Positions 19,172 to 28,876 of a DNA stretch of 48,088 nucleotides are shown here, piece after piece. The translations under genes and the position numbers were made by a program. The stretch lies in the sequence record DRR723986_712, one strand, 5' to 3'. The notes below the pieces were generated by a model, which was given only the letters and a program-made list of their open reading frames with translations, did not search any database and had not been told where the DNA came from. The first letter of the stretch is position 1. The number at the start of each line of letters is the position of its first letter.

Positions 19172-21613
19172 ATGGCAAATATTCGCGCTTCCCTGCCGAT
19201 AGATGAGGTGCTGGGGGACATTTCTGCCCGCCTTGGCGAGGCGCCGCGGCTTGTGCTGGCTGCCCCGCCGGGGGCGGGCAAGACGACCCGCGTGCCGTTG
19301 TCTCTGGCAGGGTTCCTGGACCTGCCTGCGGTTGTGACCGGGCGCATCCTGATGCTGGAACCCCGCCGGATCGCGGCGCGCATGGCGGCGCAGCAGATGG
19401 CGAAAAGCCTTGGTGAGCCACTCGGCAAGCGTGTGGGTCTGACGACTCGTGTGGACCGGAAAGTCTCGGCCGACACGGTGGTGGAAGTCATCACGGACGG
19501 CCTGTTCACCCGGCGGATCCTGAACGATCCGGAACTGACGGGTGTGGGGGCGATCCTGTTCGACGAATACCATGAGCGGCGGCTGAATTCGGACCTTGGA
19601 CTCGCCTTGGCACTGGAAAGCCAGGAAGCGTTCCGGGATGACCTGAAGCTGCTGATCATGTCCGCAACGCTGGATACAGTGCGTGTATCCAAAGTGTTTG
19701 ATGCGCCCGTCGTGGAGAGTGAAGGCCGGATGTTCCCGGTTGAGACGCGATACCTTGGCCGGTCGGAGGCCCGTATCGAGGACCGGATGGCGGCGGCCGT
19801 CCGGCGGGCGCTCAGGGAAGAAGACGGATCTGTTCTCGCTTTCCTGCCGGGGACGGGCGAAATCCAGCGCACGGCCGAGCGGCTGGAAGAGCTTGGCCCG
19901 GATGTGATCGTGGCGCCCTTGTTCGGGGCGCTCAGCCCGGCTGAGCAGGATGCTGCTGTCCAGCCAGCGCCGGAGGGCAAGCGCAAGATCGTTCTGGCAA
20001 CGGACATTGCCGAAAGCGCGCTGACGATTGAAGGCGTCCGGATCGTGATCGATTCCGGCCTGTCCCGGGTCGCGGAAGACAATATCGGCGGGCTTGGCTC
20101 GCGCCTCAGCACCGTGCGGGCGTCGCGCGCCTCGGTGGATCAGCGCCGGGGCCGGGCCGGGCGGCTTGAGCCGGGCGTCTGCTACCGTCTTTGGGACGAG
20201 GAAGCGACGCGGGGTCTGATACCCGCGCCCGTACCGGAAATCCTGTCGAGCGACCTGTCCGGTCTTGTCCTGACGCTCGCCGAATGGGGGGAGCGGGACG
20301 CAGCGAACCTCACCTGGATGGATGCGCCGCCCGCGGGCCGCCTGAAGGCCGCTGTTGACCTGTTACTCACCCTGCGCGCGTTGGACGAAGATGGACGGCT
20401 CACACCACTCGGGTCGGAGATGTCACGCCTGCCTTTACCGCCGCGACTGGCCGCGCTTGTCGCCGGGGCGGACGGCGGAGAACGGGCACTGGCCGCGGAA
20501 GTCGCGGCGCTCGCCGGAGAAAGAGGCGTAGGCGGAACATCCATCGATCTGCGCGAGCGGCTTGCCCGCTTCCGTCAGGAGCGCTCGCCGCGCGCCCGTG
20601 TGCTGCAACAGCAGGCGAAGAGCTGGGGCAAGGGGGCTGCCCCGTCGGGCGATCTCCCGAAACTGCTGGCCCGTGCCTGGCCGGATGAGGTGGCACGTAA
20701 GCGGCCCGGCAGTGCGGGCACTTACCTGCTCGCCTCCGGACGGGCGGCGACCTTGCCAGAGAATGACGCGCTGGCGAAATCGGACTGGCTGGTCGTGGCC
20801 GATCTTGGCGGAGCCTCGAAGGAAGCGCGCATTTCGCTCGCCGTGCCGATCAGCGAAAGCGATGCCCTGGCGAGCGGGAATGTGATCAGCGAAGACCGCG
20901 CGGAATTTGATCCGAAGACGGGACGTTTCGCGGCGCGGCGGGTGAAGGCGTTGGGCGCCATCGTCCTGTCCGAAGCGTCGCTGCCGAAACCGTCTGCAAG
21001 CGTCGCCGCGAAGGCGATGCTGGAGGCTGTGCGGGAGCAGGGTTTTGCTGCCATCGGCGCAGGGGAGGTGGTGGAGGAGACGCTGTCCCGCATCTCCCTG
21101 CTGGAACAGTCGGGACTGGTGGCGGCGCAGGGCCTCGATGCCGATACCTTGATGGCCTCGGCAGGAGACTGGCTGTTGCCACGCCTGAAGAAGGCCGGGG
21201 CACAGGTGCCGGCGGATCAAAAGGTACGCGAGGCGCTGGTGGCTTCGCTCGACTGGGAGGTGCAGGAAGCGCTGCGCACGGGCGCTCCGCTGTCGTTGGA
21301 ACTGCCGTCCGGACAATCGGCGCGGGTCGACTATCTCGATCCGCGTGCGCCGCTTGTCTCGGCCCGGGCCCAGGCGTTCTGGGGGTGTGCGGAACATTTG
21401 CGGGTTGCCGGGGGCCGTGTGCCGGTAACGGTGGAAATGCTGTCACCCGGCATGAAACCTGTTGCGACAACGCAGGACCTGCCCGCCTTCTGGCAGGGCG
21501 GGTACAAGGACATGGCGAAGGATATGCGCGGGCGCTATCCCAAGCATGACTGGCCGGACGATCCGGCCAATGCCCGCGCGCACGAAGGCCGGACCAAGAA
21601 GCGATTGTCATGA
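19172..21613 (+). CDS. hrpB: ATP-dependent RNA helicase HrpB
   Basis: APPGAGKTT, LEPRRIAAR, FDEYHER, MSAT, QRRGRAGR, C-terminal RGRYPKHDWPDDP. Confidence 0.95.
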   Translation: MANIRASLPIDEVLGDISARLGEAPRLVLAAPPGAGKTTRVPLSLAGFLDLPAVVTGRILMLEPRRIAARMAAQQMAKSLGEPLGKRVGLTTRVDRKVSADTVVEVITDGLFTRRILNDPELTGVGAILFDEYHERRLNSDLGLALALESQEAFRDDLKLLIMSATLDTVRVSKVFDAPVVESEGRMFPVETRYLGRSEARIEDRMAAAVRRALREEDGSVLAFLPGTGEIQRTAERLEELGPDVIVAPLFGALSPAEQDAAVQPAPEGKRKIVLATDIAESALTIEGVRIVIDSGLSRVAEDNIGGLGSRLSTVRASRASVDQRRGRAGRLEPGVCYRLWDEEATRGLIPAPVPEILSSDLSGLVLTLAEWGERDAANLTWMDAPPAGRLKAAVDLLLTLRALDEDGRLTPLGSEMSRLPLPPRLAALVAGADGGERALAAEVAALAGERGVGGTSIDLRERLARFRQERSPRARVLQQQAKSWGKGAAPSGDLPKLLARAWPDEVARKRPGSAGTYLLASGRAATLPENDALAKSDWLVVADLGGASKEARISLAVPISESDALASGNVISEDRAEFDPKTGRFAARRVKALGAIVLSEASLPKPSASVAAKAMLEAVREQGFAAIGAGEVVEETLSRISLLEQSGLVAAQGLDADTLMASAGDWLLPRLKKAGAQVPADQKVREALVASLDWEVQEALRTGAPLSLELPSGQSARVDYLDPRAPLVSARAQAFWGCAEHLRVAGGRVPVTVEMLSPGMKPVATTQDLPAFWQGGYKDMAKDMRGRYPKHDWPDDPANARAHEGRTKKRLS

Positions 21614-22098
21614 GCAAGGAAGTCAACATCCGCAGCGATTGGCGGGATGGCGATGTCGAGCGCATCGTCGACCTTCACCGGCGCGGTTATGAGCAGGAGG
21701 GCGGGCATCACTACGGCGCCGACTTCCTGGACCATGTCCGTCATACGGTGGAAGAAGCCGACATTCCTTCGCGCCGTGGAAGCTGCGTCTGGTTCGTCGA
21801 GATGGATGGCGAAACAGTAGGCTGTGCGGCGGTGGTTGATCGCGGGAATGAAGGCCAGCTGCGCTGGGTGGTGCTGACGCCGGAAACACGCGGTCTCGGC
21901 CTTGGCGGCAGATTGCTGGATGCAGCAATGAAACATGCCGAGGCGCAGGACTGGGCATCGATCTATCTCGAAACCACGGACGGGCTCGAAGCCTCGATGG
22001 CACTCTACAGGCGGCTGGGTTTCAAAGTTGAAATCGCGGAGGACCGCCCGCTCTGGCATGGCGGCGGCCGGTTCATCCAGATGCGCAAGGCGCTCTGA
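21610..22098 (+). CDS. GNAT-family N-acetyltransferase
   Basis: RGLGLGGRLL acetyl-CoA motif, A..LYRRLGF; ATGA overlap with hrpB. Confidence 0.88.
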   Translation: MSKEVNIRSDWRDGDVERIVDLHRRGYEQEGGHHYGADFLDHVRHTVEEADIPSRRGSCVWFVEMDGETVGCAAVVDRGNEGQLRWVVLTPETRGLGLGGRLLDAAMKHAEAQDWASIYLETTDGLEASMALYRRLGFKVEIAEDRPLWHGGGRFIQMRKAL

Positions 22099-22100
22099 CT

Positions 22101-22748
22101 TCAGAACGGGCAGGGCAGGGAAAGCTTGAGGCGCTCGCCTGTGCCCGGATGATCGAACGCGATGGCGCTGGCATGCAGGTAGAGGCGCGGCGCGGCGGCG
22201 AGAGCGGCTGCGTGAGCGTAGAGTTCGTCGCCGAGGATCGGGTGCCCGATTTCCGCGAGGTGCACGCGTAGCTGGTGTGAACGTCCGGTGATTGGCGTGA
22301 GGCGTACGCGGCTATGGTTGGTTCCGGTCTCAATGGTCTCGTACAGGGTCCGGCTCGGCTTGCCGATCTCGTGATCCACCTTCTGGCGCGGGCGGTTTGG
22401 CCAGTCCGTGATCAGGGGCAGGTCGATCTCGCCTTGGGTGGGATCAGGTGCGCCCCAGACGTCCGCGATGTATTCCTTCTCCACGCTGCCCCGTTCGAAC
22501 AGGCCGGAGAGCGCCACCTGCATCTCCTTTGACTGCGCGAGGATGAGCAGGCCGCTGGTGCCCATGTCGAGGCGGTGCACGGTCAGCGCTCCCGGATACT
22601 CCGCATTGACCCGTGAGACGACGCAGTCTGCTTTCTCCGGTCCTCGTCCGGGTACGGAAAGCAGGCCTGACGGCTTGTCGATCACGATCAGATGATCGTC
22701 GACATGCACGTATCGGAGGGGTTCCTGCGGCGGGGCGTAAAGGGTCAC
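22101..22748 (-). CDS. rluA: RluA-family pseudouridine synthase
   Basis: DKPSGLLSVPG, VHRLDMGTSG, PITGRSHQLRVH, GHPILGD..Y, RLYLHA. Confidence 0.92.
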   Translation of the reverse strand: MTLYAPPQEPLRYVHVDDHLIVIDKPSGLLSVPGRGPEKADCVVSRVNAEYPGALTVHRLDMGTSGLLILAQSKEMQVALSGLFERGSVEKEYIADVWGAPDPTQGEIDLPLITDWPNRPRQKVDHEIGKPSRTLYETIETGTNHSRVRLTPITGRSHQLRVHLAEIGHPILGDELYAHAAALAAAPRLYLHASAIAFDHPGTGERLKLSLPCPF

Positions 22749-24175
22749 ACGACAAGGTCCGGCAGGACCAGGCGGAAGACGGTGCCCTCCGGCCCGGTGG
22801 AGGCGAGCACAAGGTCCCCGCCCATGCCGACGGCGAGTTCCCGCGCGATGACGAGGCCAAGGCCCGTGCCGGTCTTGCGGGAGGAAGCCGCGAAGGGCTT
22901 GAACAGATTGTCCCGCGCATTCGGCGGTAGGCCGGGGCCGGTGTCTATGAACTCGACCCCATCACGTGTCAGCGTCACGGTGATACGCTTGGGCAGGGAG
23001 GCGGCGGCCACCATGGCCTCTGCGGCGTTGCGGATCAGGTTCGCGGCCAACCGGTGCAAATGTTCCGGGTCCGCATTGATGATCCGGGCGCTTGGCAGGT
23101 CGTCGATAAATTCGACTTCCGGCCAGGCGGCGAGCGCTTCCGATGCGGCCTCCTCGATACAGCCGCGCAGGGACACAGGCTGGATGTCCGGCGGCTGGGG
23201 TGCGGCCTTGCCATAGTCCAGCGTTTCGGAAGCGAGATTGATTGCCCGGGTGAGGGCGCGCTCGAGGCGCGGGGCGGCCTTCTGCACACGCGGGTCCTCG
23301 GACCGGGCCAGCGTGTCCGAGACCAGCTGCGCCGAGGCGAGCGAGTTGCGCAGGTCATGGTTGATCTTGGCGACGGCGGTGCCGAGTTCGGCGAGGTGGG
23401 CACGTTGGCGGAAGGCGTCGGCCACGGCCTCTTCCATGTCGGACAGGGCATTCTGCGCGCGGCCGATCTCATCGCGCCGGGAAGTTGGCTGCAGCCGCCG
23501 GGACCAGCCGCCTGGGTCCATCCGGAACTGTTCGACACTGGCTGTGACCCGCGCCATCGGGCGCACGACCAGAAAGTGCAGGAGCACATAGATCACGGTC
23601 GCCGCGATCAGGGCGATCAGGAAAGACAGCGCGAGGATGCGCTGGCCATAGGCGTAAAGGTCCTTCCGGAGCGGGGCCTGCGGTACGACAACTTCGATGA
23701 CGCGTTCAGGAGTCGATCCGACCGCTGTGACCACAAGGATCCGGTCTTTCGGCGCGGCGAAGGCGCCCATCACCTGCATGACCCGTCTGACCGCAGTCGT
23801 CTCGCGCAGGTCGAGCTGGTAAAAACTGCCCTCGATGTCCATGCCGGAATCGAGCAGCTGGATATGCATGTCGTCTTCGACTTCGGCCACCGACAGGACT
23901 TCGGCATTTTCCAGCAATTGCTGGGCGAGTTCTTCCGATACCATGCGCGAGGGGGAGGCATCGAGGGCGAGGGCGGCAATCCGTGCGGCCTGCAGCCGCT
24001 CGGCCAGCCACGCATTCCGGAATCCGGAGGCGCTGGGGATGAAGATCAGGCCTTCGACAAACAGGATCGCGGCGAGGGTGAAGCCGAAAAGCCGGAACGA
24101 TAGCCCATGGTACCAGCGTGCAGGCGCAGGCTGGCGGACAGGGGCCGGAAGGGGTGCGCGTGCGTTGCCGTTCAC
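22745..24175 (-). CDS. Membrane sensor histidine kinase (2 TM, HAMP, HisKA, HATPase)
   Basis: RDEIG HAMP motif, INHDLRN H-box, NLIRNA, DTGPG, LFKPF, GTGLGL. Confidence 0.93.
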   Translation of the reverse strand: MNGNARAPLPAPVRQPAPARWYHGLSFRLFGFTLAAILFVEGLIFIPSASGFRNAWLAERLQAARIAALALDASPSRMVSEELAQQLLENAEVLSVAEVEDDMHIQLLDSGMDIEGSFYQLDLRETTAVRRVMQVMGAFAAPKDRILVVTAVGSTPERVIEVVVPQAPLRKDLYAYGQRILALSFLIALIAATVIYVLLHFLVVRPMARVTASVEQFRMDPGGWSRRLQPTSRRDEIGRAQNALSDMEEAVADAFRQRAHLAELGTAVAKINHDLRNSLASAQLVSDTLARSEDPRVQKAAPRLERALTRAINLASETLDYGKAAPQPPDIQPVSLRGCIEEAASEALAAWPEVEFIDDLPSARIINADPEHLHRLAANLIRNAAEAMVAAASLPKRITVTLTRDGVEFIDTGPGLPPNARDNLFKPFAASSRKTGTGLGLVIARELAVGMGGDLVLASTGPEGTVFRLVLPDLVV

Positions 24176-24190
24176 ACGCGTTGAAGTAGC

Positions 24191-25627
24191 CTACGGGATG
24201 CGTTGGAGCAAGCCGACGAGACGCCGCGCGTTCTTGCTGAACACAACCGGCGTGAAGTGGGCGGAAGCCGCGCGTTTCACAACCTCTGCGCGCGTCGGAT
24301 AGGGCGAGATGAAATTGGTCAGCGCAGTCAGTTTCAGTCCGTTCGACATCGCTACCGAGACGAGCTGAAGAATGTCGCCTGCGCCCTCGCCGACAATGGA
24401 GGCCCCCACCAGTTTCCCCTTGTGCAGCACCAGTTTGCACTCGCCGAGCGTCTTGCCTTCGGCGATCGCCCGGTCGTTCTCATGGAAGGGGAAGGCGGAG
24501 GTAGTGACCTTGCTGCCGAATTTCTCGCGCGCCTCGGCTTCCGTGAGACCGAGTTGAGCGACTTCCGGGCTGGTATAGGTGACGGCCGGAACAGGCAGGC
24601 TGGAGGCCTTGGTGCCCTGTTTGAAAAAGGCCCGCCGGGTGAACACCGAGGCATGCCATCCGGCAATATGGGTGAATTGCTCCATGCCCGCCGCATCGCC
24701 CAGCGCCCAGACGCGCGGATTGGAGTGCGAGCGCAGCGTGTCGCCGACGGTGATGCCTTTCTGGCTGTACTCGACGCCGCCTTTTTCAAGGTCGAGCCCG
24801 CCCAGAACCGCGCGGCGGCCCGTGGCGACCAGGAGATGGCTGCCATCGATCACAGGTGTTACTGTGCCATTGTCCGTGTGCACGCGGATACGGCCATTCT
24901 CCTGCGTGACGCGCTGGGCTTTGTGCTGCTCCAGGATCGTGACGCCCTCGTCGCGCAGGGCCTTGATGGCGATGTCCGCATGGTCGGCGTCTGCGCGCGG
25001 CATGGCGCGGCCCATCTCGATCACGGTGACCTGCGATCCGAGGCGGGCGAAAGCTTGCGCCATTTCGAGGCCAATCGGCCCGCCGCCGAGGATGACGAGG
25101 TGTTCCGGAAGCTCCGGCAGGGTGAAGATGGTTTCATTGGTCAGGAAAGGCACATCCTTCAGCCCCTCGATGGGCGGGATGAAGGCGCGCGAGCCTGTGG
25201 CGATGATGATGCGCCGCGCCTGGGTGCGGGATGTGTCGGAGACAATCGTCTTCTTGTCGGCAAACCGGGCGGCTTCCCGGATGACGGTGACGCCCAGCCC
25301 TTCGAAGCGTTCCTGGCTGTCGACCGGGGCAATCGTGGCAATCGCGCCGAACACATGCGCCTTGACGGCGTCCCAGTCCGTTTTTGGGTCCTGAGTCTGG
25401 ATTCCGTACTTTTTTGCCTCGCGCACGCCGGCTGCGGCCTTTGCCGCGCTGAGCAGGGCCTTGGACGGTACGCAGCCATAGTTCAGGCAGTCCCCGCCCA
25501 TTTCGTGCTTCTCGTACAGCACGACTTTCAGGCCCAGCATGGCGGCGCCGGCGGCGGCTGACAGGCCGCCCGATCCGGCCCCGATGATACAAAGGTCGGC
25601 TTTCAGGTTTTGAATGGCGTCACTCAT
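24191..25627 (-). CDS. Class-I pyridine nucleotide-disulfide oxidoreductase (LpdA/MerA-like)
   Basis: GAGSGG, GGDCLNYGCVPSK, GGGPIGLE; C-terminal YPTRAE; no C-terminal Cys-Cys pair. Confidence 0.92.
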   Translation of the reverse strand: MSDAIQNLKADLCIIGAGSGGLSAAAGAAMLGLKVVLYEKHEMGGDCLNYGCVPSKALLSAAKAAAGVREAKKYGIQTQDPKTDWDAVKAHVFGAIATIAPVDSQERFEGLGVTVIREAARFADKKTIVSDTSRTQARRIIIATGSRAFIPPIEGLKDVPFLTNETIFTLPELPEHLVILGGGPIGLEMAQAFARLGSQVTVIEMGRAMPRADADHADIAIKALRDEGVTILEQHKAQRVTQENGRIRVHTDNGTVTPVIDGSHLLVATGRRAVLGGLDLEKGGVEYSQKGITVGDTLRSHSNPRVWALGDAAGMEQFTHIAGWHASVFTRRAFFKQGTKASSLPVPAVTYTSPEVAQLGLTEAEAREKFGSKVTTSAFPFHENDRAIAEGKTLGECKLVLHKGKLVGASIVGEGAGDILQLVSVAMSNGLKLTALTNFISPYPTRAEVVKRAASAHFTPVVFSKNARRLVGLLQRIP

Positions 25628-26370
25628 GCGGGCGGGCTTTCGATTTCGGGGATCTTGCGGCCAAAAAATTTCTTCCAGACGACCGGCATGAGAGACACAA
25701 CCGCGAGCGCGGCGAAGGCCGGGACAAGGTTTCCGGCAACGGCGGCAATGTCCGGATTCTCTCCGGCTTCGAATGTCGCGCCGAGGCCAGCGCCGATCCA
25801 GGTATAGGCGACCACGCCCGGGATGATGCCGAGGGCAGTGGTCAGGGCATAGTCGGGATAGCGGGCGCCCAGCAGCGCCGGGGCGATATTGGCCACCGGG
25901 AAGGGCACGATGGGCAGGAAGCGCAGGGCGAACATGTAGGAGCGCGGGTTTTCACGGAAGCCTGACTCCATCTTGCGCAGGAACGGCCCTGCCCGTTCGC
26001 GCAGCATGCCGCCAAAGGCGGTGCGGGCCGCGAGGAAAAGGAGGCTTGCGCCCAGCGTGGCACCCACGACGGTCGTGACCGATCCGCCTGCCAGCCCGAA
26101 CAGAAAGCCGCCCGCAATGGTGATCCAGAGGGCGCCCGGCACCATGAACAGCGTGGAGAGCGCGTAGATCACGACATAGGCCGCCACCGCGATGAGGAGG
26201 TTGCCCTCCACAAAGCTGCGCAGGGCTTCATGCTGTTCGCGCAGTGTCTGCAGCGACAGATAGTCGAAGAGGCCAAGGCGCCAGCCGGCCAGGAGGCCGC
26301 CGGCGATCACATAGACCGGCCAGAGGCGCTGCCAGAGCGGGGCAGCAGGTTTGCGATTTGTCTCGGTCAT
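25624..26370 (-). CDS. TVP38/TMEM64 (DedA/VTT) membrane protein
   Basis: VPGALWITIAGGFLFG, GATLGA..FLAAR, LRFLPIVPF..N, TALGIIPG. Confidence 0.9.
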   Translation of the reverse strand: MTETNRKPAAPLWQRLWPVYVIAGGLLAGWRLGLFDYLSLQTLREQHEALRSFVEGNLLIAVAAYVVIYALSTLFMVPGALWITIAGGFLFGLAGGSVTTVVGATLGASLLFLAARTAFGGMLRERAGPFLRKMESGFRENPRSYMFALRFLPIVPFPVANIAPALLGARYPDYALTTALGIIPGVVAYTWIGAGLGATFEAGENPDIAAVAGNLVPAFAALAVVSLMPVVWKKFFGRKIPEIESPPA

Positions 26371-27188
26371 TCGGTCTCGGCCTTCTGGGTGTCGTTGAGG
26401 GACCAATTGTACTCATACGCACGAATGCGCGGATTGGAGTGGATTTTTTCGGCCAGACCGGGTTCGGCATAGGCCAGAAGATGGTCGATGACCGCCTGTT
26501 TCGATCCGCCGAAATCGGCTTCGAACCAGTCATAGATGGAAGACACTCTCAGGCCACGGGGCGTGACGGTCGCGCCGCGGGGGTCGTTGATGTAGGCCCG
26601 GGCGGCAGCAGCGAGGTCGTCGTCCAGCGTATCGGCCTGCCAGGCTTTGACCTGAAGGTTCGGGCAGGACACCGCCGCGCAATTAATCGCATAGTGCACC
26701 AGCGGATTGCCGAAACGGGGGCGCAGGATGCTGTGTTCGATCTCGTCGAGAGAGACGGTTTGGCCATCCGCCACCACTTTGATCTTCTTCCATGGCCCGC
26801 CAAACAAGTGGCCCTCGCGAATCGAGCCTGTGGGGTAATTCTCCAGAATGTAGCGCACGGTGACGGCATTATAGAGGTTGGCCCAGGCCGCGAAGGTGGC
26901 GGCGTTGGTCCCGGAAAGATCCATCTCCTCGAATTTCGCGATATAGGTGTCCAGCGCCGCGCGGTCCTCGGCATTGGCCCTGAAGGCGGCATAATCGACC
27001 CGGTTCACCCCATCGATGCCGGGCTGCACGTATTTCTTCAGCAGACAGGTCCAAGCGGCATGCACCGGTTTTTCGGCAGGTTGTTGCTGCACCATGCCGG
27101 AAACCGGCACGGCAGGCTGCGCCAGCGCGCTGAGCGGTGTCAGGGCGAGGGCCACAGGGAGGGCAAGGCGGCAGGCGGCTCCGGGCAT
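26367..27188 (-). CDS. DUF547-family exported protein
   Basis: GGAG RBS, signal peptide ending ALA; VDYAA, WANLYNA, SLDEIEHSILR, HYAINCAAVSCP, SSIYDWFEADF, YNWSLN. Confidence 0.88.
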   Translation of the reverse strand: MPGAACRLALPVALALTPLSALAQPAVPVSGMVQQQPAEKPVHAAWTCLLKKYVQPGIDGVNRVDYAAFRANAEDRAALDTYIAKFEEMDLSGTNAATFAAWANLYNAVTVRYILENYPTGSIREGHLFGGPWKKIKVVADGQTVSLDEIEHSILRPRFGNPLVHYAINCAAVSCPNLQVKAWQADTLDDDLAAAARAYINDPRGATVTPRGLRVSSIYDWFEADFGGSKQAVIDHLLAYAEPGLAEKIHSNPRIRAYEYNWSLNDTQKAETE

Positions 27189-27307
27189 GGTGAGGTTGGC
27201 TCCAGAAAGGGCAAAATGAGGCCATGACATAGCGCAGCTGGCCGGCATATGCCCGTCACGCCTTGGTCTTCCCCGATCAAAGACCCGTGATTGGAATGTC
27301 AGGCCGG

Positions 27308-28486
27308 TCAGCCGCCCGTGGCGGGCGTATCGATCTCCATCCAGTCCTGCGGCGGCAGATTGTAGACCATGTCCATGACCTCGAACCCGATGCCATTCGG
27401 CAGCCGAGAACTGGAGTTCCAGAGAATAACGACACCCGTATCACGTTCCGGATCGAACAGGATGTAAGAGCGGTAGCCCTCGACGGCGCCGCGGTGGCCG
27501 ATGACGCGGTCGCCATTCTCTCCATACTTGTAGATGCGCCAGCCAAGACCGTAGCGGGCGTCACGTACGGTGCCACGGTACCGGCTCGACATGCGCCGCT
27601 GCTCGCCGCTCGTGTAGACGCGTGGGGTCTGCAGCATGTCCAGCGCCGCTTCGCTGAGCACGTCAGGGGCCAGCCCCATCTGCGCGCGGGCGTAGCGGGC
27701 GAGGTCCATGATGGATCCATTCACACCGCCAGCGGCCGGAACATTGTAATAGTCGTCATTGACGATTTTTTCCTGCGGCGGGCCCGGCACGCGGGACCGC
27801 TTGGAGTGGGGGCGGGCCCAGGAGGGGGAGGTCTGAAGCCCGACACGACCGATGCTGGCGGTTACCATGCCGAGCGGTTCAAAGACCGAATGCCGGACCG
27901 CATCCGCATAGGGTGCGTGGGTCACGTCTTCGACAATTTCGGACACTGTGTCATAGGCGACGTTCTGATAGGTATGGCAATCGCCAACCGGGCAGAGCGA
28001 TTTCAAGTTTGCGAGGCTTCGACGGATTCTTGCGGCATCCCAGCCATCTTCCAGACGTGTGTCATAGGCGTTCGGCACGATGCCCAGGCGGTGGGACAGC
28101 ACATCTTCCAGCGTCGCGCGATTTTCCGCCCCTCCGGGCAGCCGGAGGGAGGTTTTGAACTTCGAAACCGTATCGGTCAGGTTCAGCCGGTGCCTGTCGG
28201 CGAGGATCGCCACTTCCGTTGCCGCGACGCCTTTGGACAATGACGCCCACCGGAACACGGTTTCCTGGGTCACGGGCGATCCGCCGCGCTCGGTCACGCC
28301 ATAGCCATTCGCGAAGCTGATTTCACCCTTGTCGATCACGGCAACGGCAAGGCCGACGATGTCTTCACTGGCCGCCAGACGGCCGATCCGCTCATCCAGC
28401 CGCTTGTAGTCGATCGACTGTGCGAAGGCGGCGGGAAGCGGAAGCGTTGCAGCAAGACAGATCGCCAGCGTGCGCAGGAAACGCAT
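27308..28486 (-). CDS. Exported serine hydrolase, class C beta-lactamase/esterase family
   Basis: Signal peptide; FRWASLSK (SxxK), YQN (YxN), YGLGW, GHRG. Confidence 0.88.
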   Translation of the reverse strand: MRFLRTLAICLAATLPLPAAFAQSIDYKRLDERIGRLAASEDIVGLAVAVIDKGEISFANGYGVTERGGSPVTQETVFRWASLSKGVAATEVAILADRHRLNLTDTVSKFKTSLRLPGGAENRATLEDVLSHRLGIVPNAYDTRLEDGWDAARIRRSLANLKSLCPVGDCHTYQNVAYDTVSEIVEDVTHAPYADAVRHSVFEPLGMVTASIGRVGLQTSPSWARPHSKRSRVPGPPQEKIVNDDYYNVPAAGGVNGSIMDLARYARAQMGLAPDVLSEAALDMLQTPRVYTSGEQRRMSSRYRGTVRDARYGLGWRIYKYGENGDRVIGHRGAVEGYRSYILFDPERDTGVVILWNSSSRLPNGIGFEVMDMVYNLPPQDWMEIDTPATGG

Positions 28487-28638
28487 ATTCTCATCTCATC
28501 TTCAGCGGCCCGCCCAGGCTCACTCACACCAAGACTCCCGGCGCGTGTAAAGATCAATGGATGCAACCGGGTGAAAACTGCAGGTTCTTCCGGCAGGCGG
28601 CGGGCTGGCATGACCGCTTTTCATGCTGATTGCATGAC

Positions 28639-28667
28639 TTGACCCGGCGCTGCCGGGCCTGTATTGG
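28639..28667 (+). promoter_or_regulatory. Putative sigma70 promoter of rpmH
   Basis: TTGACC -35, then a TATT-containing -10 after a 17-nt spacer. Confidence 0.4.
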
Positions 28668-28705
28668 CCCCTCTTTCCGAGACACTTAGCTTCCAGAGCA
28701 GACCG

Positions 28706-28840
28706 ATGAAACGCACTTTCCAGCCGAGCAACCTCCGCCGCAAGCGTACGCACGGCTTCCGCGAGCGCATGGCCACCAAGAATGGCCGCAAGGTGCTGGC
28801 ACGCCGCCGCGCGAAGGGCCGCAAGTCCCTCTCCGCTTAA
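28706..28840 (+). CDS. rpmH: 50S ribosomal protein L34
   Basis: Translates to [44 protein letters not shown] (44 aa, below the track cutoff). Confidence 0.99.
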   Translation: MKRTFQPSNLRRKRTHGFRERMATKNGRKVLARRRAKGRKSLSA

Positions 28841-28876
28841 GACCGGCGCCAGTCCGCCTCTCCGAAGGGGACGGCC

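Noticed and set aside
24191..25627. Mercury resistance (merA)
   Set aside because: No C-terminal Cys pair and no merR/T/P.
27308..28486. Functional beta-lactam resistance gene
   Set aside because: SxxK/YxN are shared with many esterases and peptidases; HRG replaces the AmpC KTG triad and there is no ampR.
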